The position numbers and the translations under genes are program-made. Of a stretch of DNA of 64,000 bases, positions 57,973-64,000 are shown in pieces (the stretch's first letter is position 1; each line of letters begins with the position of its first letter). The DNA comes from a bacterium. GTDB lineage: Bacteria; Patescibacteriota; Minisyncoccia; Phycocordibacterales; CAIZLB01. Under the pieces are notes generated by a model, which was not told the origin of the DNA, did no database searches, and was given only the letters and a program-made list of their open reading frames with translations. The stretch is from the NCBI GenBank assembly GCA_031411135.1, contig JANOAN010000006.1:272-64271 (forward strand). Reading direction: 5' to 3'.

Positions 57973-59916
57973 ATGAAAGTATCGCGCAATTGGCTACAAA
58001 ATTATGTCAGTAAACCGATCCCTAAAGGGGAAGCTTTTTTTGATTTGTTGTCTTTAAATATTTTTGAAGTTGAAGGTCATGAGGTCATAGGAGATAACGA
58101 AGTGTTTGATGTAAAAGTATTAGCAGATAGAAATGCATATTGTTTGTCACACCGTGGAATTGCACGAGAGGTTGCGATTTTAATTGGAGCGGACTATAAA
58201 GTTCCTGAATTTTTAAATACACCAGTTGCCGTCTCAAACAATGTGACACTTCCTGAAATTAAAATTGAAAGTGATATTTGTCGAAAATATCTATCTCGAA
58301 AAATAAATGGAATTACAGTTACAGCCTCCCCAGATTGGTTAAAGGGCGGACTTGAGGCGCTTGGACAGCGATCAATTAATTCAATAGTGGATATGACTAA
58401 TTACGTCATGATGGATTCGGGACAACCCTTACATGCTTTTGATGCTGATTTAGTAAGAGGAAATATTGTGGTGCGAATGGCAAAGGAAGGCGAGATGGTT
58501 ACCACATTGGATAATAAAGAAATAAAACTTGATTCAAAAACATTGGTGATTGCTGACGATGAAGGGGTGCTTGCTATTGCTGGAGTGAAGGGTGGGAATC
58601 ATGCGGGGGTTACAATGGCAACAAAAAATATTATTTTGGAATCAGCAAACTTCATGCCAGCTGAAATTAGAAAAACTACTGTAAAGGTAAATATTCGAAA
58701 TGAATCATCAAAGAGATTTGAAAATGACTTACCACTTGAATTCGCGAATGTGGGATTAAATGATCTTTCACTATTAATTGCAGAAGCAAACCCGAAGGCA
58801 GAATTTGGTCCGATTTTCAATTATGGTCCTGATATAGATGAAGCAAAAATTGTTGAAACAACAATCGATTTTATTCGAGAGTGCATAGGTATTGAAATCT
58901 CTAATGATGAGATAATTTCAATTCTAAAAAAATGCGATATGCAGGTCGAGGGTAATTTGAAAGTAACCGCTCCAACATACCGACGTGACATTAATATTCC
59001 ACAGGATTTGGCCGAAGAGGTTGGACGTATTTATGGCTATGAAAAGATTACAGATTCAAAACCAGTTAAAATTGAAACATCTTTACAAAATGATAATGAA
59101 TTTACCACTGCAGAATACATTAGAGATTTGCTTGTCGAAATTGGATTTGATGAAATTATTGGATATGCACTTCGTGAAGATGGAGATTTTGTACTGGAGA
59201 TGCCATTGTCAAAAGACAAAAGTACTCTGAGAAAGACACTTGTAAATTCAATGAATGAATACATCGAATCAAACAGTAGATATTTGGATCTATTAGGAAT
59301 TAAGCAGGCCAAGGTTTTCGAAATTTCTAGAATTTTTCCGCATGATGGAGAGAGAACAGTTTTGTCACTTGGGGTGATTAATCAAAAGGGTCCTGAGAAA
59401 CCGCATATTGTGATTGTAAATGCTTTGAAGTATTTAACAGACAATGGAATAATTGTTGATGCATCAGTTGATGTAAAAATAAATGAAGTTACAGCGACAG
59501 AATCAAAAATTGTGTTTGATAGAAAAATGGAACTTTGTTTATCGCCTGACTTAGATATTGGAAAAATGAGTATTGATGGGGATCATAAGAAGATTTTTGA
59601 GAAAGAGAAAAAAACATTGATAAAATTTAAAAAGATTTCTGCCTTTCCATTTGCGACGAGAGATGTGGCGATTTTGGGTCCGGGTACAGAAAAGGAGGTT
59701 TATGATTTGATTGTTGATATTGCTAAGAAAACAATTGGTGAGGAAAATTTTGTACGAGCGACTTTGTTTGATGTGTTTACTAAGGAGGGGAAAACATCGT
59801 ATGCGTTTAGGTTGGTCTTTCAGTCACAGAGTGAAACATTGAAGGATGAGGTGATGGATGGGGTTCTAAAGAGTGTTAATGAGGCGGTTGTGAATAAGGG
59901 CTGGGTTGTAAGGTGA
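57973..59916 (+). CDS. pheT: Phenylalanine-tRNA ligase beta subunit (reduced)
   Basis: MKVSRNWL, SHRGIARE, GQPLHAFD, DLAEEVGRIYGY and the anticodon-binding domain (RDVA). Confidence 0.95.
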   Translation: MKVSRNWLQNYVSKPIPKGEAFFDLLSLNIFEVEGHEVIGDNEVFDVKVLADRNAYCLSHRGIAREVAILIGADYKVPEFLNTPVAVSNNVTLPEIKIESDICRKYLSRKINGITVTASPDWLKGGLEALGQRSINSIVDMTNYVMMDSGQPLHAFDADLVRGNIVVRMAKEGEMVTTLDNKEIKLDSKTLVIADDEGVLAIAGVKGGNHAGVTMATKNIILESANFMPAEIRKTTVKVNIRNESSKRFENDLPLEFANVGLNDLSLLIAEANPKAEFGPIFNYGPDIDEAKIVETTIDFIRECIGIEISNDEIISILKKCDMQVEGNLKVTAPTYRRDINIPQDLAEEVGRIYGYEKITDSKPVKIETSLQNDNEFTTAEYIRDLLVEIGFDEIIGYALREDGDFVLEMPLSKDKSTLRKTLVNSMNEYIESNSRYLDLLGIKQAKVFEISRIFPHDGERTVLSLGVINQKGPEKPHIVIVNALKYLTDNGIIVDASVDVKINEVTATESKIVFDRKMELCLSPDLDIGKMSIDGDHKKIFEKEKKTLIKFKKISAFPFATRDVAILGPGTEKEVYDLIVDIAKKTIGEENFVRATLFDVFTKEGKTSYAFRLVFQSQSETLKDEVMDGVLKSVNEAVVNKGWVVR

Positions 59917-59974
59917 TTCTGGGTATATGGGCTTGTGGTAACACCCCTTGATAGTTAGTGATATAATATTTTGT

Positions 59975-61861
59975 ATGGCGCAAACCGATAAAGAAATCGA
60001 GATGTCTCAAAAAATAACTACAAGCGATGAGAAAGCTTTTCTAGAATCAATTATTGAGAATATTCCCGATATGGTTTTTGTTAAAGATGCAAAAGATCTG
60101 AAGTTTTTAAAATTCAATAAAGCCGGTGAAGATCTCCTTGGTTATAAGAGGTCTGATCTTTTGGGAAAAAGTGATTATGATTTTTTTCCAAAAAAAGAAG
60201 CCGATTTCTTTATAGAAAAGGATAGGGCTGTGCTTGATAGTAATGAAATACTTGATATTCCTGAAGAGATAATTAAAACCACGCATGGAGAAAGAATACT
60301 CCACACCAAGAAAATCAGCATTAGAAATAGTGAGGGTAAGCCAGAGTACCTTCTCGGTATATCAGAAGACATCACTTTAAGAAAAGATCTTTCTAAGAAA
60401 ATAAAAGAAGTATCAGAAAAGCAGTCTGTTACACTAGGATTCCTTCAGGATTTTATCGAGAACTCAACTGATAGAATCGTTTTTGTCGATAAAGATAGTA
60501 AGGTTGTCGTGTATAACACAGCTTATAGAGATGAAGTAAAAAAGATTTTTGGAACAGAGATGTCAACAGGTATTACCTTTAATGAGTTAATGGGTGCTGC
60601 TCCGAAGGATCAAATTGATGGTGTTAGTGCACTCTGGAAAAGGGCCCTAGAGGGAGAAAAGTTTAGTATTTTTCAAAAATTCGGGAGTGACCAGTACACC
60701 TATAATTACTATGTAATTACGTTTTATCCACTAAAGAACAAGGAAGGGCAAATCATGGGAGCAATGCATGTTGGTCAAAATATTAATGAGCACAAACAAG
60801 ATAAGGCAATTCTTGAAAGTCTAGGAGAAGGTGTGATTGTTACGGATCATCTTGGTAAAATAATGATGATTAATCCAAAAGCCTTAGAATTGATAGGTGT
60901 TAACAAAGACAGTGAATTGATAGGAAAACAACTTCTTGAATCGGTAAAGGTACTAGATTCTAAAGGGGTCATGATTCCAGCTGAAACTAGATTTAATAGT
61001 ACAAACTCAACAAATCGTGCGTCTGTGTCCAATATATACTTTTATGTTAGAAAAGATGGGTCAAAATTTCCGGCCGTATCGACCATTACTCCAGTAAAGG
61101 TGGATAACAACCTAGCTGGAACTGTGGAAATATTTCGCGATATCAGTAAGGAACAGGCTTTTGAAAAAACAAAAAATGAATTTTTGTCACTCGTCTCACA
61201 TGAATTACGTACCCCCCTCACAATTGCAAACTGGTATGCTGAAGCATATTTCAAATCCATCGACTCAATTGACTTAGCCAAGCAGAAAGAATATGTAGGA
61301 GAGATTCGAAAAGCACTAGAGCATGTCAATGAAATTGTGGGTGCAATATTACAAATATCGCAGATCGAGCTTGGAAAAATAAAATTAGAAAAAACAAACC
61401 TAGATATTGTTGCACTGACAGGTGAAATAGTTCATGGATTTATTTTAGAATCACAACAGAGCGGTTTACTAATTAAGACGGACTTCGGCGGTCCTTCTTT
61501 AAGATGTTTGGTCAGTAAAAATCTCTTTACCATTGTGTTAAATAATCTTATCTCTAATGCTATAAAGTACAGCAAATCTAATGGGGAAATAAACATAAAA
61601 ATAAACCTTGAGAAGGATAGTTTGGTTATGGAAGTGAAGGATCATGGCTGTGGAATACCCGAGATCGACCAGGAAAAGATATTTACAAAGTTGTTCAGAG
61701 CTGAAAATGCAAAAGAATTAAAAGTGAGCGGCACAGGGCTTGGTCTCTATATCACTAAGTTGTTTCTTGAACAGGTGAAAGGTGAGATTTGGTTTTCTTC
61801 AATTGAAAACGAGGGTACGACTTTCTATGTCAAAATACCGATTAGTCCAGGTTCAAGTTAG
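59975..61861 (+). CDS. Cytoplasmic multi-PAS sensor histidine kinase
   Basis: Three PAS-like domains; SHELRTPL, NLISNAIKYS, DHGCGI and GTGLGL. Confidence 0.94.
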   Translation: MAQTDKEIEMSQKITTSDEKAFLESIIENIPDMVFVKDAKDLKFLKFNKAGEDLLGYKRSDLLGKSDYDFFPKKEADFFIEKDRAVLDSNEILDIPEEIIKTTHGERILHTKKISIRNSEGKPEYLLGISEDITLRKDLSKKIKEVSEKQSVTLGFLQDFIENSTDRIVFVDKDSKVVVYNTAYRDEVKKIFGTEMSTGITFNELMGAAPKDQIDGVSALWKRALEGEKFSIFQKFGSDQYTYNYYVITFYPLKNKEGQIMGAMHVGQNINEHKQDKAILESLGEGVIVTDHLGKIMMINPKALELIGVNKDSELIGKQLLESVKVLDSKGVMIPAETRFNSTNSTNRASVSNIYFYVRKDGSKFPAVSTITPVKVDNNLAGTVEIFRDISKEQAFEKTKNEFLSLVSHELRTPLTIANWYAEAYFKSIDSIDLAKQKEYVGEIRKALEHVNEIVGAILQISQIELGKIKLEKTNLDIVALTGEIVHGFILESQQSGLLIKTDFGGPSLRCLVSKNLFTIVLNNLISNAIKYSKSNGEINIKINLEKDSLVMEVKDHGCGIPEIDQEKIFTKLFRAENAKELKVSGTGLGLYITKLFLEQVKGEIWFSSIENEGTTFYVKIPISPGSS

Positions 61862-61907
61862 GAAAGATTATTATTTATTAAAAGAGTATAAAAACATATA
61901 ATATAAA

Positions 61908-62291
61908 ATGAATAATAATAAAAAAGTTTTACTTGTCGTCGAAGATGAAGAGCCGATTCTTCGTGTTTTGTCAGAACAATTAAGAAGTGAAGGTTTTGAA
62001 GTCCTAGAAGCGGTCAACGGAGAGGTTGGACTAAAACTTGCTCTTGAAAAACATCCCGACTTCATACTGGTTGATCTGCTTATGCCAAAAATGGGAGGAC
62101 TTGAAATGATAGAAGAACTCCGTGAGGATCCTTGGGGTGAAAAAGCCCCGACAGCTATCCTAACAAACCTTACAGGTCTAGAGCCAGTTAGTGAGGGTTT
62201 GAAATTAAAAACCTACGATTATTTGATCAAGTCAGATTGGAGTATGGAAAATATAATTGGGTATATTAAGGAAAAGCTTGGAGTTAAATAG
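61908..62291 (+). CDS. Single-domain response regulator
   Basis: VVEDE, DLLMPKMGG, LTN and YLIK; no output domain. Confidence 0.93.
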   Translation: MNNNKKVLLVVEDEEPILRVLSEQLRSEGFEVLEAVNGEVGLKLALEKHPDFILVDLLMPKMGGLEMIEELREDPWGEKAPTAILTNLTGLEPVSEGLKLKTYDYLIKSDWSMENIIGYIKEKLGVK

Positions 62292-62372
62292 GGGGTGGTT
62301 TAAAACAACACATATAACTACATTTGTACACGTGCTTGAAAGTACTAAAAATGCTATAATCCCCCTACAAAT

Positions 62373-64000
62373 ATGCCCAAAGATTCCGCAAAGAAAGCAG
62401 TCTACGACGCTTCGAATATCACCGTCCTCGAAGGTCTAGAACCGGTTCGTAAACGACCTGGTATGTACATCGGTACCACAGGTCCCGATGGTCTACACCA
62501 TTTGATTCATGAAATTTTTGATAACTCTAGAGACGAGGCTATGGCCGGACGATGTTCTCGAATTGAGGTTGCACTTCTTCCTGATGGATATGTTCGAGTA
62601 GTTGATAACGGAAATGGAATCCCAGTTGGAATTCACCCAAAGACAAAAGTTTCTGCTCTTGAGACAATTATGACAGTCCTTCACGCCGGAGGAAAATTCG
62701 ATAATGATGCTTATAAGGTGTCCGGAGGTTTGCACGGAGTGGGTGCGTCTGTGGTAAACGCTTTGTCAGTTCACACCAAGGTTACAGTTCATCAAGACGG
62801 TGGAATTCACGAGCAAGAATACAAAATCGGAAAGCCACAATACAAGGTAAAGAAAATCGGTTCTTCAAAAGAACATGGAACAGTTGTAATGTTCAAGGCT
62901 GATGAAACTATTTTCAAGGAAGGTGTTGTTTATAATTTCGATCGTGTCGTTAATCATTTGCGACAGCAAGCATATTTAGTGAAGGCGCTTGAAATCAATG
63001 TTTTGGATGCACGACAGGCAGATGCTGGTTTAGTAAATGAATTGTTGGAAGACAATATAATGTTCTTGAAGGATGAGGATGTTTTGGATGTGCCTTCAAT
63101 GACTTTCTATTTCGAAGGAGGACTTAGATCATTGGTTGCTTTCTACAACCACTCTCAGAAAACACTACATAAAAATATTTTTTATGTTGAAAAGGAAGCA
63201 GACAAAGTGCAGGTAGAAGTCGCATTACAATACATTGATGATGTGTCTTCAAAAATTGTGGCGTTTGCGAACAATACATATAACTCGGAAGGCGGAACGC
63301 ACGTTGCCGGATTTAAAACTGCTTTAACAAGAATTTTGAATAGTTATGCCAAGAAAAATAATTTCGTAAAAGAGGGAAGTGATGACAGCTTTACCGGAGA
63401 GGACGTGCAGGAAGGATTGGTTGCAGTTGTGTCTGTTAAATTGCCCGAGATACAATTTGAAGGTCAAACAAAAGCAAAATTGGGTTCAACAGAAGCGCAG
63501 GGTGCCACATCTACTGTCTTTGGACAGGCGTTCTCTGATTACTTGGAGGAATATCCAGAAGATGCGAAGGCAATTGTCAACAAGGCAATCCTAGCCGTTC
63601 GTGCACGAAAAGCTGCCAAGGCTGCTAAAGATTCAATCCTACGAAAGGGTGCCCTTGAAGGTATGACGCTTCCTGGAAAATTGGCTGATTGTCAGTCAAA
63701 CAAAGCCGAAGAATCTGAACTATTCATTGTGGAGGGAGATTCTGCGGGAGGTACTGCAAAGATGGGACGCGATCGACGTACGCAGGCGGTTCTGCCACTT
63801 CGAGGAAAGATTTTAAACATTGAACGGGCGCGACTTGATAAAATGCTTGCATCAGAGCAAGTGAAAAATTTGGTAATTGCACTTGGAACTGCAATCGGAG
63901 ATAGTTTTAATATTGAAAAATTGCGATATCACAAAGTTATCATCGCAACCGATGCCGATATCGACGGAGCACACATTCGAACCCTGATTTTGACTTTGCT
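62373..64000 (+). CDS. gyrB: DNA gyrase subunit B (partial, runs off the window)
   Basis: Manual translation gives YDASNITVLEGLEPVRKRPGMYIG, GGLHGVG, LPGKLADC, VEGDSAGG, PLRGKILN and TDADIDG. Confidence 0.97.
   Translation, partial: MPKDSAKKAVYDASNITVLEGLEPVRKRPGMYIGTTGPDGLHHLIHEIFDNSRDEAMAGRCSRIEVALLPDGYVRVVDNGNGIPVGIHPKTKVSALETIMTVLHAGGKFDNDAYKVSGGLHGVGASVVNALSVHTKVTVHQDGGIHEQEYKIGKPQYKVKKIGSSKEHGTVVMFKADETIFKEGVVYNFDRVVNHLRQQAYLVKALEINVLDARQADAGLVNELLEDNIMFLKDEDVLDVPSMTFYFEGGLRSLVAFYNHSQKTLHKNIFYVEKEADKVQVEVALQYIDDVSSKIVAFANNTYNSEGGTHVAGFKTALTRILNSYAKKNNFVKEGSDDSFTGEDVQEGLVAVVSVKLPEIQFEGQTKAKLGSTEAQGATSTVFGQAFSDYLEEYPEDAKAIVNKAILAVRARKAAKAAKDSILRKGALEGMTLPGKLADCQSNKAEESELFIVEGDSAGGTAKMGRDRRTQAVLPLRGKILNIERARLDKMLASEQVKNLVIALGTAIGDSFNIEKLRYHKVIIATDADIDGAHIRTLILTL

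Overview
This window looks like a stretch of an AT-rich, streamlined bacterial chromosome, most consistent with Patescibacteria/CPR (Parcubacteria-like). It starts with the 3' part of a stand-alone 16S rRNA gene that has no anti-Shine-Dalgarno tail and is followed by a run of stable hairpins and a terminator. Next come an orphan PemK/MazF-like toxin facing a small convergent RNA unit, tRNA-Ile, pyk, a dGTPase-like gene, pgl, rsmI and a VirD4/TraG-like ATPase. A ~17 kb surface-glycan cluster follows, then an O-antigen-ligase/TPR protein, a 31-aa lysine-rich protein, secA, obg and gatB. The rest holds a glycolysis/pentose-phosphate block, rplY, rpmE, prfA, a HigB/HigA-like pair, rpsB, tsf, tRNA-Thr, reduced pheS/pheT, a PAS kinase with its response regulator, and partial gyrB. 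The main observations are: (1) the orphan MazF-like toxin with a candidate RNA antitoxin; (2) anti-SD loss together with pervasive -10 boxes sitting 5-9 nt before start codons, suggesting leaderless translation; (3) a structured ~180-nt RNA directly after 16S helix 45; (4) dispersed GC-shifted single-gene cassettes with shared promoter, leader and terminator design. All calls come from reading the sequence; no searches or folding programs were run.
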